From IMG/VR virus record IMGVR_UViG_3300026119_000001: a stretch of 64,000 nucleotides of DNA, one strand, 5' to 3'. Made by a program: the position numbers and the translations under genes. The notes beneath the pieces are model-generated. The model was not told the origin of the DNA, did no database searches, and saw only the letters and a list, made by a program, of their open reading frames with translations. How positions within the stretch are numbered: the stretch's first letter is position 1; every line of letters begins with the position of its first letter. The stretch comes from an uncultured virus (IMG/VR IMGVR_UViG_3300026119_000001) (lineage: Duplodnaviria; Heunggongvirae; Uroviricota; Caudoviricetes). Shown here one piece after another: positions 40,102 through 49,039 of the stretch.

Positions 40102-40551
40102 TTATACTCCTTTATGTTCATTAAAAAATCTTGTATGTTCTTCTTTTGTAATAGTCGCCTTTTTGCCATCCTGAATTATTATTTTAAGTTTTGTATCTGT
40201 TAAATAAAATACTGGTGATATATAATTATATTTTCCGTTAAAATAGGGTTTGTTAGCATCAGGATCAAAAACATAATCATATCTTTTATCTATGACAGGT
40301 ATGGTATCATAATGTGTTCCATCCTTATCTATATTCCAACTATGATGTATAATGGGAGTAGCATTTATGTCTTTATTAAAATTATCAACTAACCAACCTA
40401 ATACAAAATCACTTCCAAAGTTTTTCGCTTCTTCAACTGACATAGTAATACATTCACGTTGTTTATAATTTGTATTAGGTCTATGTTCAACGTCTTCAAT
40501 ATATTTTGCTCTTGGTCTAAACTTTATAAAGCGTGTTGTCGCTTCTTTCAT
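40102..40551 (-). CDS. hypothetical protein
   Basis: 149 aa; HHSWN..GTHYD motif. Confidence 0.6.
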   Translation of the reverse strand: MKEATTRFIKFRPRAKYIEDVEHRPNTNYKQRECITMSVEEAKNFGSDFVLGWLVDNFNKDINATPIIHHSWNIDKDGTHYDTIPVIDKRYDYVFDPDANKPYFNGKYNYISPVFYLTDTKLKIIIQDGKKATITKEEHTRFFNEHKGV

Positions 40552-41111
40552 CTTTTCTTAACTTCTCTTAATCTAGGATTATAACCTTTCGGCCATTCCA
40601 AATTAATTGTTAATGTTGAGTTGTCTTGTTTGAGAATTCTTATTTGATGACCATTGGGAGTAGAATTATCCCAATATCTTTCGTAGTTGTCTATATTAAT
40701 AACTTCTTTTTTTGGTTCATCTTCTTCAGGTGTGGCTAAAGTATATCCATACTTTTTTTTGAATTTAGTTTCCTTTTCTTCGTCAAGATGGTCAAACATC
40801 CCAGAATTGGGTGTGTTGTTTGCTATATCATCTAAAAATTTACTATTGGCGTCTTCATCTATTTCTTCTTCTCTTTTTCTAGCGGCTTGTTCTTCTTTAA
40901 ATCCTACCATTAAAACTTCCGAAAGAGATGGTTCTTTTTTAACTATTTCTGTAGGTACGCCAGTCCCATCATTTTTAATTTTAAAGTCAAAGTCTTCTTT
41001 TGTAGGAACGCCATACTTATCATTAATAGCTCTTGTGCCTGCGTCTTCTTCTTGTGCTACCTTTTGTGCAAATGTTTCAATATTCATTTTATCACTCACT
41101 TTCTTTATCAT
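40548..41111 (-). CDS. acidic hypothetical protein
   Basis: 187 aa; TATAAATA at 41117-41124 upstream. Confidence 0.6.
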   Translation of the reverse strand: MIKKVSDKMNIETFAQKVAQEEDAGTRAINDKYGVPTKEDFDFKIKNDGTGVPTEIVKKEPSLSEVLMVGFKEEQAARKREEEIDEDANSKFLDDIANNTPNSGMFDHLDEEKETKFKKKYGYTLATPEEDEPKKEVINIDNYERYWDNSTPNGHQIRILKQDNSTLTINLEWPKGYNPRLREVKKR

Positions 41112-41119
41112 ATTAATAT

Positions 41120-41788
41120 TTATAAGACTTTTGGTATAATAGTTTTTTGAGGTTTAAAGTTAAAATCAAATGCAAGAGTAATACGTTCCTTATTTCCTAA
41201 TTGAGTATCTGTATAATGTGGGACGCAGCTAGGAAATAATATTATTTGTCCTACCTCATTAGGTAGTTTAAGGGTGCGAGGATTATTAAGTTGGTCAACC
41301 GGATTTATATAATAAGTGGCAGTATTCTCACATTGAATACAAATATGTCCACTTAAATAAGCAAAGGGTGCAATCGAATGAATATGTGCTTTAATACGTT
41401 CTCCTTTCCTCATAACATTGGCCCATCCGCTTAGATTAAAATCCGAAAGACCTTTAATTTTTATTTCATTTAAAAATCTTGAATGAAAATCTAAAATAAT
41501 AGGTTTTAATTTTTTCATTTCAGGTTCTAACCAAGAAAAAATATTAAAATGTTTATGTCTTGAAGTTAAGCTATTTTTGCCTAATCCTGTATAACCATCT
41601 ACTTCCCCCTCCACGCTTGATGTAGTGGCAGGAGGGAATTTTTCTAATATCTCTTTTTCTTTTCTTAAAATAATTTTAGCTATCTCTTTAAAATCTACAT
41701 TGGAAATAAGTTCGTGCCCAAGATGATAATGCCATTGAGGAGCAAAAGAAGTTTGGGGCGGTTCACTTTTGGTTTGGATTATATTCAT
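41120..41788 (-). CDS. putative 2OG-Fe(II) oxygenase
   Basis: WANVMRKGE..HIH, LSG, LFPS...H, RITLAFD. Confidence 0.75.
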   Translation of the reverse strand: MNIIQTKSEPPQTSFAPQWHYHLGHELISNVDFKEIAKIILRKEKEILEKFPPATTSSVEGEVDGYTGLGKNSLTSRHKHFNIFSWLEPEMKKLKPIILDFHSRFLNEIKIKGLSDFNLSGWANVMRKGERIKAHIHSIAPFAYLSGHICIQCENTATYYINPVDQLNNPRTLKLPNEVGQIILFPSCVPHYTDTQLGNKERITLAFDFNFKPQKTIIPKVL

Positions 41789-41804
41789 ATCTAATACTTA
41801 TATA

Positions 41805-41833
41805 AGTCTATCATACATTTCGCCGAACGTCAA
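41805..41833 (-). promoter_or_regulatory. sigma70-type promoter with extended -10
   Basis: Minus strand TTGACG-N17-TAGACT, with TGA immediately upstream of the -10. Confidence 0.55.
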
Positions 41834-41876
41834 CCTAGAGGTGCTCTGAGCCTTTTAGATTCGAAAAATTCCAGAC

Positions 41877-41904
41877 TTGACAACTCTATTAACTCTTATA
41901 AATA
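41877..41904 (+). promoter_or_regulatory. TTGACA element plus late promoter TATAAATA
   Basis: TTGACA 41877-41882 and TATAAATA 41897-41904 before the ATG at 41915. Confidence 0.6.
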
Positions 41905-41914
41905 TTAGTTTAGA

Positions 41915-42175
41915 ATGGACATACCTTCTAAAAACAAAATCATCATAGAATCCTCTTCCCACACTTTCGCTGACGTTGACTTTATTGTCTATTGCCAAAA
42001 AGCCTTATACGACAACAAGCCTTACCGAATACGTATAGTGGATTGGGAAGCTGAGTATTGTATTGCTTACATTAAAACGTTAAGACAACACCACCGTTGG
42101 GAACCTTTACGTTTTAGATATCAACGCAAAGGGCATTATATATTTGTTTCTAGGATTAATAGAAATACCAAATAA
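41915..42175 (+). CDS. hypothetical protein
   Basis: 86 aa directly after a late promoter. Confidence 0.55.
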   Translation: MDIPSKNKIIIESSSHTFADVDFIVYCQKALYDNKPYRIRIVDWEAEYCIAYIKTLRQHHRWEPLRFRYQRKGHYIFVSRINRNTK

Positions 42176-42266
42176 ACAAAACAAACACTAGCACCCATAA
42201 AGGTACTTGTTTGTGTAGTAAAGTATTCCAAGTCTTTGTAACAACCCATTTTATATTCTCTATCAT
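42156..42266 (-). CDS. 36-aa membrane micro-protein
   Basis: Hand translation MIENIKWVVTKTWNTLLHKQVPLWVLVFVLFIWYFY; AAGGAG SD. Confidence 0.55.
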   Translation of the reverse strand: MIENIKWVVTKTWNTLLHKQVPLWVLVFVLFIWYFY

Positions 42267-42282
42267 TTTTTCTCCTTATAAG

Positions 42283-42387
42283 TTAAAACGCTAGGACGAG
42301 TACTGTACAAATTAAAGCTAGGGCAATAACACAACCTACTATACCTATCGCTATACTTTGATTATACTTAATTATCCATTTAATCAT
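42283..42387 (-). CDS. 34-aa membrane micro-protein
   Basis: Hand translation MIKWIIKYNQSIAIGIVGCVIALALICTVLVLAF; TAATG coupling. Confidence 0.5.
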   Translation of the reverse strand: MIKWIIKYNQSIAIGIVGCVIALALICTVLVLAF

Positions 42388-42668
42388 TAATAGACGCTCT
42401 TACTTCCTTCGTATAGGCCTTCTTCATAACCAGACTCTATCACTCGTAGAATCCTTATACGTGCTGCCGTTTCACCTTTTGCTTCTATATATTCTACTTC
42501 TGCTTTAACATCTTTACCACAAGCAAACTGAACACGCTCAGGTTGGATATTTCTTTCTGCTATGCGCTTAGATTTAAGGCATTCGGCCATTGATGATTTA
42601 TACGTGTGCTCAACCAATTCGCCTTCAAAAAACATACAAAGAGCAACACAGATTATAATTTCTTTCAT
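42387..42668 (-). CDS. hypothetical protein, paralog of the C-terminal part of 51784..52161
   Basis: Shared G.L.E..Y.....CLKSKR.A.R....ERV.F.C motif. Confidence 0.7.
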   Translation of the reverse strand: MKEIIICVALCMFFEGELVEHTYKSSMAECLKSKRIAERNIQPERVQFACGKDVKAEVEYIEAKGETAARIRILRVIESGYEEGLYEGSKSVY

Positions 42669-42745
42669 TTATTCTTATTCTTTCTGACATCATACACTAC
42701 CCAAACAATAAAGATAACTAGAAGTATTACTCCTAGTATATCCAT
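42665..42745 (-). CDS. 26-aa membrane micro-protein
   Basis: Hand translation MDILGVILLVIFIVWVVYDVRKNKNK; ATGA overlap with the next gene. Confidence 0.45.
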   Translation of the reverse strand: MDILGVILLVIFIVWVVYDVRKNKNK

Positions 42746-42956
42746 ATTATTGTCCCAAGTAGATAAATGACTATTGCTAAACCTAATAACATTTCATTCA
42801 TATGTGTTTATTCCTACATCTATTTAGTTAATTGGTTGTGCTTGTGGACTCTGGAGCATTTTGTGAAGCACTACACGTGTATATATAACAACCAAGATTT
42901 AGAGATTGCCAAAGACAATGGCCATAACAATAAAGAGTATCACCAGAACATATACA

Positions 42957-43169
42957 CTAATCATTGATATCAAGTGACTTAATGATTTCTTTGAGTTCCT
43001 GAATAACCTCAACAGGTATAACAGGTATTGCTACTAACACCTTTTGTTCTTCAGGTAATGTAACTGCCTTTGGTTGTATATAAGACTTACTTGTACAAGC
43101 CGCTAAGACTATGACAAAAACGATTAGTGCTGCTATGGCTAGCAGGGGTACTTTGTTTTCCTCTTTCAT
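42957..43169 (-). CDS. putative lipoprotein
   Basis: Hydrophobic signal followed by an LAAC lipobox. Confidence 0.55.
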   Translation of the reverse strand: MKEENKVPLLAIAALIVFVIVLAACTSKSYIQPKAVTLPEEQKVLVAIPVIPVEVIQELKEIIKSLDIND

Positions 43170-43399
43170 ATGAGATCCTTTAATTTCTTTTTTCGTAGGC
43201 TTTCTTTTCTTTCTTTTTCTCTACGCTTAATGAGAAAGGCAAAGCATATATGTATAACAACAAAATTAGTCCAGAAGCCAGCAGTTGTAAAGGCACCAAA
43301 GACAAGCGGAACACCTACAAAAACGATACCCATTAAAAATAGGTATTGATAAATGTATGCTTTCCTATATTCGTCTAGTACTAAATCTCTAAATGCCAT
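43166..43399 (-). CDS. two-TM membrane protein
   Basis: 77 aa; two hydrophobic stretches and a basic tail. Confidence 0.6.
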   Translation of the reverse strand: MAFRDLVLDEYRKAYIYQYLFLMGIVFVGVPLVFGAFTTAGFWTNFVVIHICFAFLIKRREKERKESLRKKKLKDLI

Positions 43400-43426
43400 T
43401 GTTGCGAGTGTTGTTTTTTTAAAAAA

Positions 43427-43813
43427 TTATTCCGGAAAAAAAGGTTCATCAAAGTCATCAAAACCGTTTGATTCAAAAGGTTTTATCTGCTTGTGTAACC
43501 ACTTCGCTTTGACAACGACAGGCTTGCCTTTTTTAATATAAGGTATCTGTGTCGGGCCTGGTTCTTTTTCCCATTCAAAGCGGTAAGACTTATTTCTAGG
43601 AACCCAACCTGGGTGTGGATCTTCGTAAGCTTCTTGTGGTAATTTTGTCCACAAGGTCTCCAGTAATTCTTTACCAGAAATCAGACCAAATTCGTTATAA
43701 ACTTGGCCTTGCATTTTCTTGGCTAGGTGTTCTAACTTTTCCTTATTGTACTCCACCTTACGTTGGAAGTCCCAATAAGCTTTTAAGTCTTCGTATGATT
43801 GTTTATTAATCAT
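43427..43813 (-). CDS. hypothetical protein
   Basis: 128 aa; AATAAATA late-promoter variant upstream. Confidence 0.65.
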   Translation of the reverse strand: MINKQSYEDLKAYWDFQRKVEYNKEKLEHLAKKMQGQVYNEFGLISGKELLETLWTKLPQEAYEDPHPGWVPRNKSYRFEWEKEPGPTQIPYIKKGKPVVVKAKWLHKQIKPFESNGFDDFDEPFFPE

Positions 43814-44000
43814 ATAGTTATTTATTAAAGGTGGGCATTAAAAAAATTGCTGGCGTTTTTTTGAGGAAAAGGAAGTGTATATATTGCTTGTGTCTGTTAT
43901 TGCATTTATAGATTAACTTTTTTTATTAAATTAAACACTGCCGGCCTTTATAGAGGTTTTCTAAAAACTTTTCCAGGTGGAGCCGAGTTTGATATATATG

Positions 44001-44070
44001 CACGTAGCAGCAGGCCGGAACATAGCAGCAAGCCTAGGCACGTAGCAGCAGGCCACTCACGTAGCAGCAA
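44001..44070. repeat. four direct repeats of CACGTAGCAGCA(G/A)GCC, ~19-nt period
   Basis: Copies at 44001, 44021 (degenerate CATAGCAGCAAGCC), 44039 and 44058, abutting the gp5 stop. Confidence 0.85.
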
Positions 44071-45189
44071 CTAATTCAAATCTATTGTCTTACCACGGTG
44101 TTGCACAGCGCCTGTGGTGTTAGATGTTTTTTCACCTTCTATTGTTTCTAATTTATTACCTTGTATGCTACTGGTGTAATTACCTTTTACTTTCAAATTA
44201 TAATCACCACCACTATTGATATTGATACTGCCATCAACGGTGACCACATTGATATGGCCCTTATCTACTTGTATATTGATATTAGCCTTTGGACCGACCT
44301 GTATATCATAGTTGTTATTCTCTTCACCTTTCTTATTAATGTAAATCTTATGGCGGCCATCTATCGTGATATCTGAATGGCCGCCTATAGAGTGGTAACT
44401 ATGTGCGGAAGTAATTTCGTATTTTTTGTTTTTGTTAAGCACCACCAAGGTTCCCACCTGGTCTATTTCATAAGAGGTACCTGTTACGTGGGATTGATAA
44501 ATCCGTTCTGCGCCATCCGTGTCATCCCATTCTGAAATATGGCCAGACTCGGATTGGAAAACGTGATTGTATGGATAAGTGGCCGCATAAGGTATTTCAG
44601 GTTGGCCCCAGGTGTCGCCATCACTACCCACTATATCATCGCCAGCTGCATTAGTCGTGGCATTAAAATCGGCAGTCGCTATACCTGTATTAAGTTTTTG
44701 TGCGGCATCCCGTAATATTAAATGTAAATGCGGATTTGCGTATTCTTCTTTACCCGCCACTACGATAGTTTCGGCAACGGCCAGTCTATTGGTGTCTGGT
44801 TCATTTGTAAAGCCTGGATAAACTCCTTCGGGGTCGTAAAATCCTTTTGTCTTCACTGCGCCTTCAAGTGGAAAACCAGGACTGCTGCCAATGATGACAG
44901 GCTGTTGACAACTTGCGCCATCACGCATATAACCAAAGACCCACGAACCTTCCACCAAAAAACTTGGTGAATGGCCTAATCCAGAAATGCCTGGTGATGT
45001 AACAGGTAATATACATTGCGCCCAAGGCAGGTCTGCTGTGGGCAAAACTTCTTTGTCATCTGTATGTATGCCAAAGACACGCACACGATAACGGCCTAAC
45101 TTTTGTGGATCTTTTCTATCCTCTACTACGCCTGTGAAAGAATAAAATTCTCCAGATAAAATATTAGAGTCGGCCATAGTTTTTCCCAT
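44071..45189 (-). CDS. baseplate hub/spike gp5-like (OB-fold plus beta-helix, no lysozyme domain evident)
   Basis: GVVEDR.DP..LGRYRVRVFG.H, LPWA, GSWVFG, YPYNHV..SESGH..EWDDT...ERI. Confidence 0.92.
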   Translation of the reverse strand: MGKTMADSNILSGEFYSFTGVVEDRKDPQKLGRYRVRVFGIHTDDKEVLPTADLPWAQCILPVTSPGISGLGHSPSFLVEGSWVFGYMRDGASCQQPVIIGSSPGFPLEGAVKTKGFYDPEGVYPGFTNEPDTNRLAVAETIVVAGKEEYANPHLHLILRDAAQKLNTGIATADFNATTNAAGDDIVGSDGDTWGQPEIPYAATYPYNHVFQSESGHISEWDDTDGAERIYQSHVTGTSYEIDQVGTLVVLNKNKKYEITSAHSYHSIGGHSDITIDGRHKIYINKKGEENNNYDIQVGPKANINIQVDKGHINVVTVDGSININSGGDYNLKVKGNYTSSIQGNKLETIEGEKTSNTTGAVQHRGKTIDLN

Positions 45190-45469
45190 AAGTTGTTTCT
45201 TTAAGGTAAGTCACCTTACGCATTACTACACTATTTAGAATACCTTTACGCAACCTCGTGAGCATACTGCAAGCATTAGATTGTTTACGCTGGCCCGTTT
45301 GCGCCAGCTTTACGCACTCTTGCGTAAGTGGTGTTTTATCAAAGGTACCCGATATTCTATCCCAGAACATATTGAATACAGCGGAGTAGCTGTGAGGCTT
45401 CCTGCTAATATATGGAAGGTATGGTAGAGCAGCTGGCCACCATAAGTGAGTACTCTCAGCATTGCCTGC

Positions 45470-45498
45470 GTTATACACGGTATTACTCGCAATGTCAA
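45470..45498 (-). promoter_or_regulatory. sigma70-type promoter
   Basis: Minus strand TTGACA-N17-TATAAC. Confidence 0.7.
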
Positions 45499-45516
45499 GC
45501 AGATAGTCTTTAAGTT

Positions 45517-45531
45517 GTTCTCTAATTGTTC
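45517..45531 (-). promoter_or_regulatory. GAAC-N7-GAAC direct repeat (alphaproteobacterial LexA-box-like)
   Basis: Plus strand GTTC TCTAATT GTTC, with a third GTTC at 45540. Confidence 0.5.
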
Positions 45532-45660
45532 TCATAGTTGTTCTGTGCGTTACCTGTCTGTTCCTCTACTACGGCCAGCTATAGTCTGTCCTCTTACACG
45601 TCTAGCGCTAGCGGCATTAAAAATTTGCGAATCTCGGAGATTCTTTCAACCCCTTTCACT

Positions 45661-47190
45661 TTATGTGTAACCTTCATATTTTTTAGCTTTTGCCTTTGCT
45701 ACAACAGAAAGCATCTTTTTGTCTTCATCATAGATATTATGCCCTTTATAAGGAGGTGTAGCAAATGGAAAACTATCTGTTTCTGTTTGGAAAGCTTTTC
45801 TAACTGAATCTTTAACTGCCTTAATTAGTATTTCATATTTACCTCCCCCTATTGCTATCGTATGCTCTACAGCAATCACTAGATATCTTCCTGCATATTG
45901 TGGACTAGATTTTGCTGGTAAATTATCACCAATCGGTCTGAACAATGGCATATCAAAGGTAATAATATCTCCTGCGTGTATCATTGAATTACCTGGTGCA
46001 ATAATAGATAATATATTCTTTTTCATAAATTGGTGTTGGGATACTCTCTTTTGTGTAGTCATTAAATGACTAGCAAATTCCTTCTTATCGTGTACCTTAC
46101 TGGTATTGGACCTCAGCATTACTCGTTGCAATGGTTCCTCGGAAAGTGGTCTATCAGTATCATCAAATTTTGCTAAAGGTAATGGTTGCTTATCTTGTGT
46201 TTTATATCCATCACTATGTTCAGTATGAAAATGTTTACTAAAATCTTCATCATAATCATAATCATTAGTTGCAATCAATTTATAAAAAGGATCGTACTGA
46301 ATCATCCTATTCGCATATGCACCTGCCTTAAAATTCTGCAACATATCTACAGGTTTCTCAAATTGCCAACTATGGACACTATGTAAATCTAAAATTACAT
46401 CTTTAGTCCCAGGTGCTGGCGTCTTCCCACCTAACTGACCAGGTTTTTCATCTGCTCTTATATTCTGTATTTGTGGTTGGTACTTCCATTTAGAAGGTCG
46501 TGCTATTGCCCCACCTACTGCCAATAATGATTCATAACTTCTAAAATGATATCCTACGTTGTTTTCAAAAAATAAATATCCTGCATTTTGATATAGTCCT
46601 GATATACAACTATTTGCTATCATCCTAATAGCGTCCATTGGTTTCAGATTAGGTATAACTATTTTAGTATTTGTTTTTGTTGGTTCTATGAATAATTGTT
46701 TGGTACTATTAAGATATTTTCTATTTGTAAATATATCTTCAACAGCATCCTCTAATCTTCCTGTGTATGCCTTACTCACTTTACGCATATCATTATAGTA
46801 TGCTTCTTTTGAACAGAAAAGTATATCATACATTTGCATTCTAGGTGAGTCCATATCCTGTTTCACCATATCTATTGCATAAATGTAAAATGGGTGTCCT
46901 TCATTTGCAACAGCATTGAAACCAGGCAATCCTGGTGTACTAAATTTTAATTGTAATCGTTCTAGTCCTGTAATCGGTAATATAGTACGTATGTCCTGTG
47001 CGTCCAAGACTTGGATTTTACCAATGATAGAATTATGGAAAATATTTTCTTCTAATTGTACTGAAGCAAGAATGGGTTTAATATCCATTCTAAAAGGTTC
47101 ACCCTTATTTGATATTCTATAAGATATTATTTCACAAGCTTGTAACTTATAATCACCTGCTTGGAATATTGAATTAGGTTTTTCTGGCAT
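45661..47190 (-). CDS. baseplate hub protein (gp27-like)
   Basis: Between gp53 and gp5; LPITGLERL, YLFFEN..GYHFRS, PGNS.IHAGDII, YAGRYLV..V.H. Confidence 0.75.
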   Translation of the reverse strand: MPEKPNSIFQAGDYKLQACEIISYRISNKGEPFRMDIKPILASVQLEENIFHNSIIGKIQVLDAQDIRTILPITGLERLQLKFSTPGLPGFNAVANEGHPFYIYAIDMVKQDMDSPRMQMYDILFCSKEAYYNDMRKVSKAYTGRLEDAVEDIFTNRKYLNSTKQLFIEPTKTNTKIVIPNLKPMDAIRMIANSCISGLYQNAGYLFFENNVGYHFRSYESLLAVGGAIARPSKWKYQPQIQNIRADEKPGQLGGKTPAPGTKDVILDLHSVHSWQFEKPVDMLQNFKAGAYANRMIQYDPFYKLIATNDYDYDEDFSKHFHTEHSDGYKTQDKQPLPLAKFDDTDRPLSEEPLQRVMLRSNTSKVHDKKEFASHLMTTQKRVSQHQFMKKNILSIIAPGNSMIHAGDIITFDMPLFRPIGDNLPAKSSPQYAGRYLVIAVEHTIAIGGGKYEILIKAVKDSVRKAFQTETDSFPFATPPYKGHNIYDEDKKMLSVVAKAKAKKYEGYT

Positions 47191-47191
47191 A

Positions 47192-47728
47192 TCATCTTAC
47201 TAACAAAGTATTAAATTCATCTACAAATATTCCTAGGTACTGCTCATCTAACATTTTAATTTCTCTTTTTTTATCTTGTAATCTTCTTTCATATTCATAA
47301 TTAGAAACAGATGTTGCACCTGAATAATCACTATTAACTTCAATCTTATGTGAATAATCTCCAGGACCTTTACCTACTGTTTGTCCACTTGATTGTGTTG
47401 TTTCATAATGGTGTATACCATCTGGATTATCATATTTGTCTTTTAAAAATTGGTCAAATGCATAACTATCCAAAGGCCAATCATAATATACATTTCTAAT
47501 ATCGTTCATTAGGCATACTACCCAAAAATATTCTGTACTACCATATACTTTGAATGCTACAGTTTCAGGCTTATCACCATCTTCAATGGTATAAGTATCT
47601 AATAAAGATATTTCATCCCTTAACTTACTTCTAACTTTTATCCGTCTGAATATATCAGGTATAACTTTATAATTCCTGTCACCTTTAATATCATAAAGCA
47701 TTTTAGGAAATTGAGAAAAATATGCCAT
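47192..47728 (-). CDS. baseplate wedge protein gp53
   Basis: YFSQFP, Y.IEDGDKPETVA..VYG...YFWVV.LMN, DWP, VSNYEYE. Confidence 0.9.
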   Translation of the reverse strand: MAYFSQFPKMLYDIKGDRNYKVIPDIFRRIKVRSKLRDEISLLDTYTIEDGDKPETVAFKVYGSTEYFWVVCLMNDIRNVYYDWPLDSYAFDQFLKDKYDNPDGIHHYETTQSSGQTVGKGPGDYSHKIEVNSDYSGATSVSNYEYERRLQDKKREIKMLDEQYLGIFVDEFNTLLVR

Positions 47729-48981
47729 TACATACCTTTCGCTATTGTAGATTTAGTCATAAATTCTAATTCTTTAAAGCTTAATGACATTGTATAGGCC
47801 ACAGGTGCATTGTCTTCAAATGTTTTAAAATTACCACCTTCTGGTGTGTAACTAACATTACAACTTTGTAAAGCACATCTTGATATTCTATTTAATTTAT
47901 CATTGATACCTGTTCTACACAAATAATGTATTTCAAATTCTGATGGTATTCTAAAATTCCTACCACCGCTAAGTACATCCATTGCTGGGTGCATATGATA
48001 TTTAAATAATTTAATAATATTTTGAACACGGTTAGTTTCATCTTCATTTCTAGGCCAAAATTTAAATTCATAATCAAATTCTCTAAATGAAGGTCCTTGA
48101 TAATACATTTCTTGTCGTGGGTTAATTGCTACACCCAAAATTTTAGATACTAATTTAAATGGGTCACCTCCACCTAATGCTTCTGTTAGATTACCACCAA
48201 TTTTTTTAATGTATGCTGATAGTGCTCCTACCCCTCCTGTTCCTATTGATATACCAATCTCGGACCAATCTTTAGCATTCAGTACGTTCTTTGTTATATT
48301 TGCTATATCTCCTGAAAATTCAGTATCTTCTTCACCCCAACCTGCCTTATAAGATGTTTTAACGTCTGGTGGCATATACAATGCAATTGCTGATGTTACT
48401 ATTTGATTTTTAGGAACAGCAGACGTTACCGAATTCTCTAATTTTACCTGGTCTATTCTTCCTGCGCTAGATCCAGTTCTAAACCGATTTTGATTTTCTG
48501 CTATACTACCACCACCTTCTCTCCAAGGTTTACCAGTTGTGTTACCACCCAAACTCCAAGAATTTGAAGCTGTTAAACCAGTATCAATACCCAAATCTGC
48601 TGAAAATTGTAAATCTTGCTGTACAGAAGCTAAGTCCCAGTCCATATTATTATTCAATGTAAAAAATAACATATAATGCCCTAATTCATCACCTGTTAAA
48701 TCTGCTGGGTATTGTATATGTGAAAACGCCATTGGATCACTTTTAATTGCTTGTTCAGGACTATCTGGTATTTCAAATGGTGACTTCTTCAATATTTGAG
48801 CAGCAACTTTCGCTTGAGAATTACTAACCTTATTTAAGCCTATATCAACAAATGAACTTATAAGATTGCCTCCACCTGTTGGTAACATACTTGTAAACCT
48901 ATTAGTTACAAATATCTTAGCATTACCTACTGCATTTTTTAAGTAATTACCTATCTTAATACTTGCTTTTTTATGTATCAT
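47728..48981 (-). CDS. baseplate tail-tube cap gp48-like
   Basis: IALYMP, INPRQEM.YQGP.FR.F.Y.FKF.PRN, F.IPSEF, LSFKELE. Confidence 0.88.
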   Translation of the reverse strand: MIHKKASIKIGNYLKNAVGNAKIFVTNRFTSMLPTGGGNLISSFVDIGLNKVSNSQAKVAAQILKKSPFEIPDSPEQAIKSDPMAFSHIQYPADLTGDELGHYMLFFTLNNNMDWDLASVQQDLQFSADLGIDTGLTASNSWSLGGNTTGKPWREGGGSIAENQNRFRTGSSAGRIDQVKLENSVTSAVPKNQIVTSAIALYMPPDVKTSYKAGWGEEDTEFSGDIANITKNVLNAKDWSEIGISIGTGGVGALSAYIKKIGGNLTEALGGGDPFKLVSKILGVAINPRQEMYYQGPSFREFDYEFKFWPRNEDETNRVQNIIKLFKYHMHPAMDVLSGGRNFRIPSEFEIHYLCRTGINDKLNRISRCALQSCNVSYTPEGGNFKTFEDNAPVAYTMSLSFKELEFMTKSTIAKGM

Positions 48982-49000
48982 TGTAATATTGTGATCCTTT

Positions 49001-49022
49001 TATAAATACTTTAATATTTATA
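49001..49022. promoter_or_regulatory. pair of oppositely oriented late promoters between gp48 and gp4
   Basis: TATAAATA 49001-49008 (+) and TATTTATA 49015-49022 (minus-strand copy). Confidence 0.8.
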
Positions 49023-49039
49023 TGATTAATAGATAGATT

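Noticed and set aside
44001..44070. Mini CRISPR array
   Set aside because: Repeats are 13-16 nt with 3-4 nt gaps, far too short for spacers; no cas genes
45164..45535. 123-aa minus-strand ORF as a real gene
   Set aside because: No recognisable motif or SD; overlaps a consensus promoter, GAAC boxes and several hairpins; kept as probable non-coding, although translation is not excluded
39230..45660. tRNA genes in intergenic gaps
   Set aside because: No cloverleaf with T-loop and acceptor stem found by eye; tRNAscan-SE or ARAGORN would be needed to exclude them fully
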